A stretch of 64,000 bases of DNA, taken from Camelus dromedarius. Lineage: Eukaryota. Each line of letters starts with the position of its first letter. The stretch's first letter is position 1. Shown here one piece after another: positions 12,061-23,437 of the stretch. Location of the stretch: contig NC_087446.1 in NCBI RefSeq assembly GCF_036321535.1, positions 56,110,001 to 56,174,000 on the forward strand, read 5' to 3'. The notes beneath the pieces are model-generated. The model had not been told where the DNA came from and ran no database searches. It saw only the letters and a program-made list of their open reading frames with translations. Position numbers and translations under genes: made by a program.

Positions 12061-12317
12061 GAGTGTTCACGTTTGTTTGCTTGAAGATGGCATATTATTG
12101 AGCCAACCCTTCTCCAGCCCTCAACTCGGGAGGATGAGCATACAACAGCTTCTTCCCACACCCCCAAACCTGAAGGGTGCTTGAAGTCCCAGCAGGAGCA
12201 GAAGAACTCAGTTTAGGGGACAAGCGGGCTTTGTTTTGGAGTGGTTTTTTAGATTGATTCGACAGGCCAGTGGCTGAGATGTTTCTAACCTAAGCCCCTA
12301 CGAATTTTCTATAGTGA

Positions 12318-12323
12318 AATAAA
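12318..12323 (+). terminator. ZNF740: Candidate ZNF740 proximal polyadenylation signal AATAAA
   Basis: AATAAA with downstream T-rich ccttgtttct in the presumed 3' UTR. Confidence 0.45.
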
Positions 12324-14378
12324 AACCTTGTTTCTCCTGCTAAGGAAAGGATCCTCATGAGAGGGTCTGGGGTTTGGTTGATCCCCAGGTTGTGGCCGGC
12401 CCCAACCTAGAGGGCGTGAGTAATCATGGAGTAATCATGGAGACTTGGTGAACCTGACCAAGCTGTCAGTGGGGGTCTGAGATGTGATTTCATTTTCCAG
12501 AAGATGTAGGGAATAGCAGCAGCAGACTCCTAGCTGCTACCTACTCTAGAGGTGATAACGGGGTGGGAGTGAGGGCAGGGGGGTCTCCATACCTCTTGGG
12601 TGTGAGGATTTCAGGGAAAAAGAAAAGAGGTGTAGCACCCTTTAGATCTTCCCTGACCGCATTGCATCGGAGATCCTGTGGGGGAGATGCTGGGAATGTG
12701 TGTGCTGCCTGTGCTTTTCTGGTTTTATGTTGGCACTCCCATTTGATCGTCCAGAGACCAGACCTCAAGTCCTTGGACATATCCTTGGTCCCTGCAAGTA
12801 GGGCATCTTTCTGCATGTGAGCCAGCCCCCTCCCTGTTAGAGGGCTCTGCTGGGGGCTGGGCTTTGTCTGGATACATTTAGAAAACTCTTGTCTTTTCAA
12901 GAGCGCTTTGGAAAATGGGAGGCTTTGCTCCCTGCCACTTGCCGCTAATTTGTTTAGGGTTGGGGTGGGTTGGGAGTATGTGTGGAGAGAATCACACGAG
13001 TGATCTGTGCCCCTGCATGTACGAATGTATGTTTAGGTCAGAATGTGCCCTGGCCTGCTGCAGGCCTAGGCATCCTGCCTGGGTGGGTGTGAGAAAGGGA
13101 ATTTCTAAGTGTATGTGCAGAGAGCTATACCAGAACCACCCCTGCTGAGGGTGGGTGAGGGGGAAACTTGGGACCGATGGTTAGCTCAGTTGTCCAGGTG
13201 CAGATGATCGGGGGCCATGGACGTGTAAGGAGAGGAGCAAAGATGTGAAAGGAGTGATTTAGCACCCAGAGGGCCCAGGAGTCTCACACCCCAGGGAAAC
13301 CACAGACTAAGACCGCTGCAAAGGCTTCTGGACCCAGTGTCCCACCCCTTCTGTGCGGGGGTGGGGGTGGGGGCGTCTAGCACTGGAAAGATGCCTCAGG
13401 TGTGTTTGGAGTGAAGGGAAAGGGAGGTAGGGCCGGCTCTCTGAGACCAGGACGTGGGATTTGGGGACCTGGGAAAGAGTAGCACCAGTTCCTGGGTGGG
13501 TTGCTGTTCCAGGCCCCAACAGCCCTGCCCTTCCCAGCACCCCAGGTCTTTTCCGTCCACCCCCCAACAGCCTCTTGTCATCACTTAGCTACTGATTGTG
13601 CCCCATGGCTTGACTTAGGAGGGTTACTTGAGGTGCGGAGTCCCGCCACAGCTTTTAATCCTCTCCCCAGATGTTCTTTGCCTCTGTGTGGCCCTGGGGC
13701 TTTTATCATAACAACCCCTCCTACCCTTCCTCTCCACCCTTTTTTTTTTTTTTTAATATACTTATTTTGCTATTGGGGGAGGGGANNNNNNNNNNNNNNN
13801 NNNNNNNNNNNNNNNNNNNNNNNNNNNNNNNNNNNNNNNNNNNNNNNNNNNNNNNNNNNNNNNNNNNNNNNNNNNNNNNNNNNNNNNNNNNNNNNNNNNN
13901 NNNNNNNNNNNNNNNNNGCTTTTGTACATACTATCTCCTCCTTGGGAAGAATATCCTTGCAGGGAAGGTTTTCATGCGGCCAAAATGGTTTTCCTTTTTT
14001 TCCACCAACTGTAACCACCCTACAACTTCTAGCATCATATAAACTCCTCCTCTCCACAGAGTAGCAACCAGTAGAAGTAAAACACGATTATCAGTTCTGA
14101 ATAAGAAAAACACACATGGCAGGACAGAAGGAGGTTAGACACTAGCAAAGACAGCGTTTCTCCTGCGTCAGCATCACCTGCAGATTCACTAGTCCACCCC
14201 AGGCAGCTGCTTCCCAGGTGGTGCATACTGACTTCTGCACTTTCAAGTTTGAGAACCTCTCCCTACCCTCAGGTGGCAGAATGTGGGACGCATGTGAGCT
14301 TTCCTGAGGCCCAGGCTCCACAATCTGCTTTGGCCTTGGGGTAAAGCAAACTGACAGCTGTGCTCTAAGGTAAGGCAC

Positions 14379-14384
14379 TTTATT
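14379..14384 (-). terminator. ITGB7: ITGB7 polyadenylation signal AATAAA
   Basis: tttatt on +, about 210 nt after the stop codon. Confidence 0.75.
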
Positions 14385-14595
14385 GTACACCTGGGTGGGA
14401 TAGCCCGGCTCCTTGTGAGGTAGGGAAGCAAGGTTGCAGCCATAGGCCGCCCACTAAGTTGTCACTCTGAGAGTGAAGTTGACTGTGACCGTTCAGCAGT
14501 GGATTAACACCCTACCAGGCTGCTGCCTGATAGACCCCTGGCTTCAGTTCCCTCCATCCCAGAGAAGAGCCCTGCGGTGAGCATCCCTACCCACT

Positions 14596-14676
14596 TCAGA
14601 GAGGGGAACTGTCTGTCTCTTGAAAGCGGGGGTTGACAGTGGTAGTGATGGCGCTTTTGTAGAGAGGATTGCTGTC
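14596..14676 (-). CDS. ITGB7: ITGB7 last coding exon ([26 protein letters not shown])
   Basis: Acceptor tttccccag|, NPLY motif, TGA at 14598-14596. Confidence 0.95.
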   Translation of the reverse strand, partial: DSNPLYKSAITTTVNPRFQETDSSPL

Positions 14677-17600
14677 CTGGGGAAAGAAATTGGTAATGAT
14701 GAGGAAAAGTTCCAGGACTCCTCTTTTATCTAGTCCTAGGAGGCCGGCCTAGAACTTGGGCAGGCCCCCAGGAGCTGATGAAGTAGCAGAGGAACCAGGG
14801 TACGAGAGCGGAGGAGGCGCAGACCTAGTGAGGGGGCGTGGCCTGGGTGGGGTGGGGGTGAGGGCAGGAGGGTGAAGCTGAAAGCTGAGCCCACGTAGTA
14901 GCTCGGGACGGAAGGAAAGCCCCGCCCAGTGGGGTAGGAGGCGGAGTACCCTCACCTGCTTCCAGCTGAGCTGCTGCCGCTCTTTCTCAAAACGTCTGTA
15001 TTCTCGGCGGTCGTAGATTTCTACTGAGAGTCGATACGCCAGGACCAACCCCAGTCCCACTGCCACGATGCCCCCAACGCAGCCCAGCACAATGATTTGG
15101 GTGTGGTCTGCTCCCTCTGTGGGGAAGAAACAACAGACTTCTGGGGGCTGGGGCCTGGGGATTGATCATTGGTCGCCCACAAGGCGTCCAGTGGCATCTA
15201 GCCTCCCCAGCCCTGCCTATCATTGAAAACAAAGGGACCTGCACAGAGTCTAAGGTTATCCTGGGTGCCTACGGCCTTAACCTTGTCCACTTGGTCCAGC
15301 ACCTGCATTTTGCCTGCATTCATAGCTCTGCTTCAACCCACTGCGTGGTTTCCCACTTCCTTTACGTTGCAGCCCCAGAGTTCTGAGGCCCTACCCATCA
15401 AACTTCAGGGCTTCATTTGGCACACCCACAGCATTGCTGCCCACTTACTCTCTGGGGGTTTCACTCTCAACACGACCCTGCCTTCAGCTTCATCCTCTGC
15501 TAAGAAGAAGAAGAGCCGGTTGTCTTGGGTCCTCTCTTTGCACCAGCCGTCATCCAGGATAGGGGCCAGAGCCAGAGTCACGTTGGCATGGGCACAAGCC
15601 ATGCTGCAATTCGTGGCCAGGGGACCAGTCCCAAAAGCCCCACACTCTGCACAGTCCCTGTCCAACGGGTGCCAACAAGTTACCAGCTGGGCAGTTGTCA
15701 CCCACACCACAGGAAAGAAAGAGCAGGTGGTGGGAGTGGCTCAGCAAGCCCCGCTGTGCCCCTGTTCCCAAAGTGCAAGGCCTGAGAACTCACCTGTGTC
15801 TCTCGCAAGGCGTCTTGCAGCCTGAGCACTGATCACAGAGGGTGCCGTAGTAGCCGTCCGAGCACTGGCAGCGGTTGCATTTGCAGCGTCCATGCCCACT
15901 GCAGAGCCCTCCCTCGGGGCTGACACAGCCGTCCGTGTCCCCACTGCATTCGCATGCTCTGCCCGTGCGGTTAGCATGACAGTGACACACTCCACATTGG
16001 CAGCGGCCAAAGCCTGAGGCAGAGCCACACACATGGTGATAACCATATGCAGCGGACATCACATGCCACCACAGGCTAACCTGTTCCTCTGCATCCAGTT
16101 CCCTTCCCCGTGTACCAGACACCCTCCCAGCCCTACACTTGAATCTTTGATTCTTGCCCTTAGTGCCATGAGGTTTCTAGAGCCTAGATACCTTGGGGGA
16201 GCCACTCTAACCCCGTCCTTCTCCCCAAAGTCCCCAGGTACCTCCACAGAGGATGCCTTCATGTCGCTCACAGCTGGCATCATCACACTCGCACAGACGC
16301 CCAGAGCTCTGTCCGCTGCAGGTGCAGCGTCCACACTGGCACCGTCCCCTCCCGCTGCACAGGGGCCATGTGCCATTGGGGGCCCGGCACCCAGATTCCA
16401 GATCTGGGGAGGACAGCTCAGCCTCAGAGCACTCACAGAGTCGACCCAGGCGGCCGGGGACACAGCTGGGAGGGGAAGGCGGGGAAGGAAAGGGGTGTCA
16501 GAGAGCTTGACCATCCCTTAAGCTGTCTTTCCCAGAATCCTATAAACCCAAGATCTTGTGAGAGTTGGAGAGAGATGAGTGGCTGAAAGGAGGCCAGAGT
16601 ACAATGGAGCATGGAGGAGTAGGAGAGCAGAGGGAGGGTTTGGTATACCTAGGAAGCTTCAGGAGGTGAAAATCAGGGTGGAGTCTCGGGATGTCTATGA
16701 AAAAGATGTCTAGGGACACCAGTGGGAGGATGGAAGGCAAGAGAGGAGGAATACAGAGGCTGGCCATTTGTGGGGAGCCACATGGGTGAGGGGGAGCAGG
16801 AGGCCCTCACCTGCACACCCCACATTGTAGGTGCCCCCTGTCACTGCAGTGAGGAGCTTGGAGCTGGGTGTCGGTGCAATTACAATCACACAGTGTGTGC
16901 AACTCCACAGTCAGCTCCTCTGAGAAGCCACGGGCTCGGAACCTCAGCAGATGGGGCTCTGGGAGGCAGTGGGTAGCTTGGAGAGTAACCAAAAAATTCA
17001 CCTGTGGACAGGGTGGGCAGAAATCAGATGAAGATCATTTGCATGTTCGTACACACCAAACCCACTGGTCACCCAGAACCTTACTCCTTAGTAAATTAAG
17101 GGATAGGGTCATGTTAACACCCATCTCCTAAAAACACGCTTGAGGAAGCTGCTCATTAAACCTCCTCAGAAAGGATGGATGGAGAGCTACCCATGCTTTT
17201 TACATTGTTTCCTGTGCCTGCCCTTGTCTCCTGCTACCTGCTCAATTTCCCACTGCCACCCCACGCCCTTCCTTCTGCCTATCCCAGCTGGCTCTCACCG
17301 TCTGGTTGATTCGGACATGGTTGCACTGGCCCCGGTCACCTGCCTCACCCTCTGTCTTCTCAGGACCTCCACACTGAGATTCGTAGGAGATGTGGACCCC
17401 AGAAGGAAGTAGAGAGTGTTCGTGTTCAAGGGTCACAGTGGATGACAGGCTCTGTGGAAAAAGAGAGCAAGTAACCACATGAAGGCAGGACTCCAACCCT
17501 GCCCTCTCCAGCTGTTCCAAATTCTGCCAGAACCCTGCCCTCAGCCCATCTGGGAGCTCCTTCCATTCTGCCTGGCCCAGAGGAGTTTCTGCAGGAAGGA

Positions 17601-20600
17601 CCGGTGATAACCTTGAGTGAGAACACACGATCCAGAGGCCTCTAACCCTGCATCTCAATGCAGCTGCAGCGAGGGCCTGCCAGGGGTCAGGGGCTGGCCA
17701 GGTGCTGTAAATAGCCAGTGCTGTTGTTCAAAACCCAAATCAGGACATGCAACCTGTGTGCATACAAGTTCTAAAGGAGGGTGGATTCTTTCAACTAAGT
17801 TTGTCCTGGGAAATTTGATATTGTCTCACATTTTCTCACCATGAGTTTAGACCATGATCCCTGTCACCAAAAAGCCTTTAGTCTAGTGGCAGAAATAAAA
17901 CCTAAACCCAAGAAACACTTCAAAATTTGTGTGGTTGCTTCTACCTGTAAAATTCTACGGCTCCTGTGAAGAATACCTCTGAATTATTTATAAGCTTAGT
18001 GAAAGCAGGCTCCAGATGTCACACGCTTTATGTCCAGACTGACTGGAGGACAAGTGCCAGCCCTTCCATCTGTTATCTGTGAGACCTTGAGCAAGTCACT
18101 TAGCCTTCCTGGGTCTGTATCCCCATTAATAAAATAGGAATAATAGTTTCCAAGTAGGGGTTTTAGTGGAGTAAATGAGACAGCACACAGTACGTGTACT
18201 CGGGACAGTACTTGGCATGAAATAAAAGCTCAATCAATGTTCATTCCCTTCCTTGCCCAGAGCAGGGCTCCATGCTCTGCACAAATCAGGCACTTAAGGT
18301 TTATGAATGAAGGACTGAAGAAATGAGCTGTTAATGATGGCCAAAAGCAACATGTAGGTAGGAGCTGTGCAGTGTTACACCAAAAAGTGATCATTCCCTT
18401 AGTTCTGCCACCCCACCTGAGGGTCCCTTTCCACCTTTCCCCAGTGCCCACCCTCAATCCTCTCCCCCAGCCCTGGCCCCTCACATTATAAGCGTCCATG
18501 ATGAGCTGTACCACATTGCTGGAGTCCTCGCTCAGCTCCCCCACCGCGGACTTGGGAATCAGCTTACTCAGCTCCTGCGAGGTGAGGAGTTGAGGGGACT
18601 GGTGGGTCACAGCTCTAGGGAAATAGCTTCTAGGGGTCTAGAAGAGGGGTACACATGGGGGAGGAGACTGTGTCTTTGAGGAAATTGAGAAAGGTTGGGG
18701 GTTGGAGGTTGCATTCAGGTAGCTCTCACCTGGTAGACAGGCAGCGTGGCACTGGTGACAGCAAAGATGGGCTGGATGTTTGCTGCAGAAAGGGCCTGGG
18801 CTACCTGACCCACAGAGGGGTAGTCCTGGAGCAGGGAGTGGGGACAAGGTGAGCGCCCCAGGCCCCCTTCACAACATGCAAGGGGCCCTCATCCCAGGAA
18901 ATGCAGGAACCAGGGTTCCACCAGCTAGAGGGAGGGGTTGGGGAGTGGAGCGACCTGGGATTGTCTGAGTGGTGGGAGGACATGGAGAGGAGGAACTGCT
19001 GGGGAAGATGGCAGGGTGGTCTCTGGTCAGGATAGTGAGGCTGGGGGTGGGGTCCTGGGAGGAGAGGAGGTGTGGCGCCAATGGGGCGGGCGGGTGAGAG
19101 TGGCAACTTACAAACTCCGGGCTTCGGCTATAGAGGCCATTGCTGTCCAAGTGGCAGTGCCCATCACTGGGCATGAAAATGCCACCCAGCTTCCCATCCC
19201 CAGCTGTGTGGAATGTGTCATCTGAAGTGAACACCAGTAGCCGGGACACATTTCTCCAGCCAATCTGCTCCTGGAGTGGGGTGGGGGGCTAGGCTGTGCA
19301 TCCAGGCTTGGATGGCCCTTGAGCCACCCCAGCCAGATCTATGAATCAAGGATTTGGCCAGCCTTGTTCTGAGTCAGTTTGTCCATCCCCCTGTCTCCAG
19401 CTCTCTCCTTCTCCCTAGCCCCCTAAACCGGGTTGCCCTAAACACATGGAGGCTTTCTTGTGAATTAGGAAAAAAAAAACACTTCTTCCTCAAGACATTT
19501 TACTCCAATGTACCAGGAAGTTGTCAAAATAAATATGCAGACTACAGGGACTATGATACAAAGGGCACCCCCTAGAATTGTGCACTGCACAACCACAGAT
19601 GGCTGTTCTGGCCCTAAGCAGCCCTTCTGACTCAGAGCCTATCCCCGCCCCCTCACCTGGCAGAGGGCAGCCTGCAGAATGGCATCGAAGCCACCTTCGG
19701 GCAAGTCCAGGTTGCCAGACACACTCTGACGGCCCACCTCCTGCTCGAAGGCTTTAGCATCCCCGGTGAGGGACAGCACATGGTGAAAGCTGAAGGGCGG
19801 CTGGCAGCGCTCCAGCCGGGTGGGGCAGGGGTGGCGAAGCTTGGAGGGCACTGTGCTCACAAAGGGCAGCACTGTTTTGTCCACGAAGGAGCCAAAGCCT
19901 GGGAAGGGGGAGGCATGAAGGCGGTGCCAGAAGTCACTGGACAGCAGCAGGATGTGGGGAGTGGGGGCCACTGCCGAGGACTCAGGAGGGGAGTCCAAGG
20001 GAAGTGGGGGGGAGGACAGTCATAGAGGCAATGAAAGAGGGTGCTCCCAGAGGGCAGGGACCCAGGACCCAGGGGGGGCAAAGGAGTGAGACCACTGACT
20101 CAGGGAAGTAGGGGATGGAGATAAAGAGGAGGACACAGTGGTGGGCAGGCAGGGGTTTCTAGAAGGCTGGGGAAGAAAGCACGGCTGTGCACAGTATAGC
20201 AGCAGCATAAGATGAAAGGGGATCTTGAACAGGGGAGGGATGAGAGAAGAACGTGCAGCAGGGATGATGGCATTTTGACCTTGTCCAGGGGACACAGGCC
20301 TGAGACAATGGCATTAGAGCAGTGTCCGGGTGGCTAGGTCTATCTGACCCTGGGAGCTGTCTGAACATGGCCTCTCCAGACTCTGGGCCTCAGTTGGCCT
20401 TCGTGTGAAATGAGTGGTCTTACTGGACAGTCTCTTAAACACCCTCCAGCTCTGACCTAAAAGATAGATGTCTTGGGGGAGATAAGCCAGGAACCTGTGG
20501 CCTGGTCAAGCCCATTAAAAACCGGGAGAGGGCAGGTGGGGCTCATGTGCGTCCAGGATATCGGCAGAGGCAGGGCGGCGGCTGGTTAGAGGCGGAGGGC

Positions 20601-22998
20601 CGGCAGGTGCTCTGCTCGCTCACCGATGCGCACGGAGTGGGTGACCTCCTGCAGCCGCACCAGCAGCGCGTGCCCGAGCTGGCGCACGCGCTCCAGGTCG
20701 TCCTTCATGGAGTAGCTCAGGTCCATAAGGTAGTACAGATCCACCGGGTATCCCTCGGCTCGGAGGAAGCGGACCCGGATTTTCTGGGGCTCCCCTGGAG
20801 GGGTGGCGGCGGGATCAGCGGGACGGGGTGGAATCCCAGCCCCCAGCCCAGACCCCCCGGCCCGCCGCCCCGTCACTCACCCGGCCGAAGTGTGACCCGG
20901 ACCCGCTGCGGCGCCAGCTGGGTGGCCCCCTCGCCGCGGGTGCCCTGGCTGAGCGGCTCATCCTGCAGCACCTCCTGCCGACCGCGGGGCTCCTCCAGCT
21001 CCCCCGGCGGGCAGCCCCGGGCCAGCAGCTCCTCTCGCCGGGCGCAGCGCCGCGCCTCCGCCTCCCCCGTCGCCGTGAAGTTCTGCGCCGCAAGGCCAGG
21101 CGCGTCGGGACCCTAGCCGCCCAGACTCCTCGGCCCTGCTCCCAGAACCACCCTGCCCACCCAGGACACTCCCAAGCCCTTCCCCCGCAAGTCAGCCCCC
21201 TGAGCCCCTCTGGTTCCCTCCCCTCCCCCCTTCCACAGCACACTTGAACATCGTCCTTTCTTCCTTGGCAGAGCCCACTTCCTAGAGCACCCCTCCATCT
21301 CCTCCCCTATCTCGACGCCCCCTTTCCTCAGACACCTACCTCTCCCCTCCCCCTAGCGCCGCAGACTTCCTGCTGAGATCTCAGGGACCTCACCACCACT
21401 GAAAAAGGAGGAGCCTGACCTCCTAGCCCAACCCCCTCTATGTGTTCAGGCCAAAATCGGAAGGGGTCAGACTAAGCCCCACAGCTCCTGGAAAGGGGAA
21501 AAATAGGGACAGAAGTGGAGACGCTCCCCCCCAACCCACGTGTGTCTAGTACCCCTGGGACTGGCTAGGAAGCCACAGGGGAAGGAAATGGTTAGAGTGG
21601 CTGTTCAGCTGGCCCAGGTGCCAGCCTCTCGTCTGGAGATTGGAGGAGATACACCTATACCCAATTGTCCCAAGAGCCCCGCCCAGCACCTCTGGCCTAG
21701 CACCTCCACTCTATGCCTCTAGCTGACTCTGAGTCTTCCCTTCCATCCGCCAGATTCACTATGTGCCTTTCTCCTGGATCCACTTAGCTCTAGAGCTCTG
21801 CCTCCTAGTGCCTTTGCCCTCATTTCTTATCTCATCTAACTCTCCATCTTCCTGTGAGAGAGACAGTTCTGCCCCCACCCCCAGCTCAGGCACCCCTAAT
21901 GTTCTGCCACACCATGAGCCCTGTCTCTTTAAGGCATAAACAAAGAACAGCCTTGTTTGACCAGCCAGGGAGACCCCTGCTCCCCAGCATCCTTCTTGCC
22001 ACTTAAAGGGTAGCTCAAGCCTTACCCCCAAAGCCCACTGATTTCCAACTCCTTCCCTTCTACCCTTCCAGCCACAGGCTGCTACATTCCTAGGAAGATA
22101 CCCCCAACCCCAACAGACTCAGAAACCCAATCACACACATTCTGCAGTGGACTGACCCCCCACCATGATAGTGTTTGGACATGGGGCCTTTGGGAAGGAA
22201 TTGGGATTAGATGAGGTCATAAGGGTAGAACCCTCATGATGGGATTAGGGCCCTAGAGGAAGAGAAGCCCACCAGAGAGTTTGTCTGCAGCCCATCTGCA
22301 AGCCAGGAAGAGACCTCTCACCAGGAACTGAATCAGCTGGCCCCTTGACCTTGGATTTCACAACCTCCAGAACTGTGACAAATGAACTCTTGTTTCAACC
22401 ACCCAGTCTATGGTATTTTGTTATGGCAGCCCAAGCTGACAAATACATCTTCTCACATGTGTACACCCACAATAGATCCCTCTCCCTATATACAAGGATG
22501 AGTTCCAACAAGAATGTACTTCCTCCAAATTCCTGGGCATGAGTCTTCTCCATATATACACAAACACACAAATGCAGACATAAACTTACATGCACAGGAG
22601 CAGCCTTGTGTGCATATATATGCACACACACATATATATGCACAAGCACAGACAGGAGTCCTACATGCACAAACTCAGTCACACAAAGGACCGCAGAGTG
22701 CACGCAGAAATCACACATGTCCTCACATAGTCACACACATAGATCCAGGCTGCGCATACACAATCGCATGGTTCAAAGGCCACAGGCCCATCTTTACCAG
22801 TTGCTTGCACCAAGCACAGCTTGGGTGTGAGAGGATGCACTTCTGGCAGGAGGGAGCTGGCTGGCAGGACCCTGGCAAGGACAGATCAGGATCCACCCAT
22901 CCTGTGGCCTCCGGCGGAGATGAGGTCTTGGCGTCCAACTCACTCTCACCTCTGCTCAGGGCCAGCAGGAAAACAAGGGCCATTGACAAAGCCACCAT
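14596..22998 (-). CDS. ITGB7: Integrin beta-7, 14 coding exons, 2400 nt, 799 aa (whole span)
   Basis: All exons have GT-AG ends and consistent phases; MIDAS DLSYSM, Cys-rich I-EGF repeats, TM helix, NPLY and NPRF tail motifs. Confidence 0.97.
14956..15116 (-). CDS. ITGB7: ITGB7 transmembrane exon
   Basis: [39 protein letters not shown]; 161 nt. Confidence 0.95.
15449..15657 (-). CDS. ITGB7: ITGB7 beta-tail exon
   Basis: [18 protein letters not shown]...VKPPE; 209 nt, GT-AG. Confidence 0.95.
15794..16013 (-). CDS. ITGB7: ITGB7 I-EGF3/4 exon
   Basis: [22 protein letters not shown]...TPCERH; 220 nt. Confidence 0.95.
16242..16465 (-). CDS. ITGB7: ITGB7 I-EGF2 exon
   Basis: [26 protein letters not shown]...ILCG; 224 nt. 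Confidence 0.95.
16811..17001 (-). CDS. ITGB7: ITGB7 hybrid / I-EGF1 exon
   Basis: [19 protein letters not shown]...HLQCGVC; 191 nt. Confidence 0.95.
17299..17451 (-). CDS. ITGB7: ITGB7 hybrid-domain exon
   Basis: [27 protein letters not shown]...INQT; 153 nt. Confidence 0.95.
18065..18235 (+). mobile_element. MIR SINE
   Basis: gaccttgagcaagtcacttagcc...aaaataggaataatag. Confidence 0.7.
18485..18574 (-). CDS. ITGB7: ITGB7 beta-I exon
   Basis: [30 protein letters not shown]; 90 nt. Confidence 0.95.
18730..18825 (-). CDS. ITGB7: ITGB7 beta-I exon
   Basis: [32 protein letters not shown]; 96 nt. Confidence 0.95.
19112..19270 (-). CDS. ITGB7: ITGB7 beta-I exon
   Basis: [30 protein letters not shown]...SPEF; 159 nt. 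Confidence 0.95.
19490..19615. mobile_element. Possible hAT (MER91-like) MITE fragment
   Basis: aagggcacccc...ttgtgcactgcacaacc motif; family from memory only. Confidence 0.35.
19657..19898 (-). CDS. ITGB7: ITGB7 beta-I exon
   Basis: [16 protein letters not shown]...[19 protein letters not shown]; 242 nt. Confidence 0.95.
20624..20794 (-). CDS. ITGB7: ITGB7 MIDAS exon
   Basis: [24 protein letters not shown]; 171 nt. Confidence 0.95.
20881..21082 (-). CDS. ITGB7: ITGB7 PSI/hybrid exon
   Basis: [24 protein letters not shown]...TLRP; 202 nt. Confidence 0.95.
22143..22447 (+). mobile_element. MaLR MLT1 solo LTR
   Basis: TG...CA termini; gattagatgaggtcataagggt, gcaagccaggaagag, tatggtattttgttatggcagccc. 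Confidence 0.85.
22798..22998 (-). CDS. ITGB7: ITGB7 first coding exon (signal peptide, PSI start)
   Basis: cag|ACCATGG; [21 protein letters not shown]...CAWCKQL; 201 nt. Confidence 0.95.
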
Positions 22999-23322
22999 GG
23001 TCTGTAATAGGATATAAAGGGGGACATGTGGGTCCTCAGAGAGGGTCCTCAAGTTTTTGACCCTCTGATCTTAGCCTGTGGTTGTCCCTCTCAAAACTCT
23101 ACCCCAACTCTATCTCCCCGTGCAGTTTTACTTCCTCCTGTGGATTCAGCAGTTTCTTCAAAATGGCAGGAAGGGGCAGATGCCAGGCTTGGGTAGGGGT
23201 CTTGGAGAAGAGCTGTCCCTCCTGTGTGCAGACTTCATAAGGCCAGAGTGGGCAAAATGGCCTAACCAAGAGTCTGGAGAGTAGACCTGGAGGCACTATG
23301 GTCTGCACACAGGTCTATTCAC

Positions 23323-23437
23323 CAAGGTTCCAAACCACAGTGGAGAGAGCCAAACAGGAAGCAGACTATGTCTGGTCCTGCCTCAGTCACTTACTGGCTG
23401 GTATCAAGTCAGACTTTCTGGGCCTTAGTCACCACAA
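23323..23437 (-). other. ITGB7: ITGB7 non-coding exon 2 (partly MIR-derived)
   Basis: Acceptor ctttacag| and donor TTG|gtgaat; resembles my recollection of the human ITGB7 5' UTR. Confidence 0.7.

Larger units (their letters stand above)
20550..21130. promoter_or_regulatory. Intragenic CpG island over two ITGB7 coding exons
   Basis: CpG-dense in both exons and the 86-nt intron; flanks are CpG-poor. Confidence 0.7.

Noticed and set aside
12418-12442. 11-bp tandem duplication gagtaatcatg
   Set aside because: Ordinary slippage event with no evident function
11279-13584. Short ORFs on both strands in the ZNF740 3' region
   Set aside because: No domain or compositional signal; consistent with 3' UTR
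13741-13785. T-run before an N gap, resembling a SINE tail
   Set aside because: No SINE body visible; context fits a distal 3' UTR element
14749-21247. Plus-strand ORFs such as 15223-15825, 16033-16521 and 20547-21116
   Set aside because: Antisense shadows of ITGB7 exons; the minus-strand ORFs are ITGB7 exons read into introns
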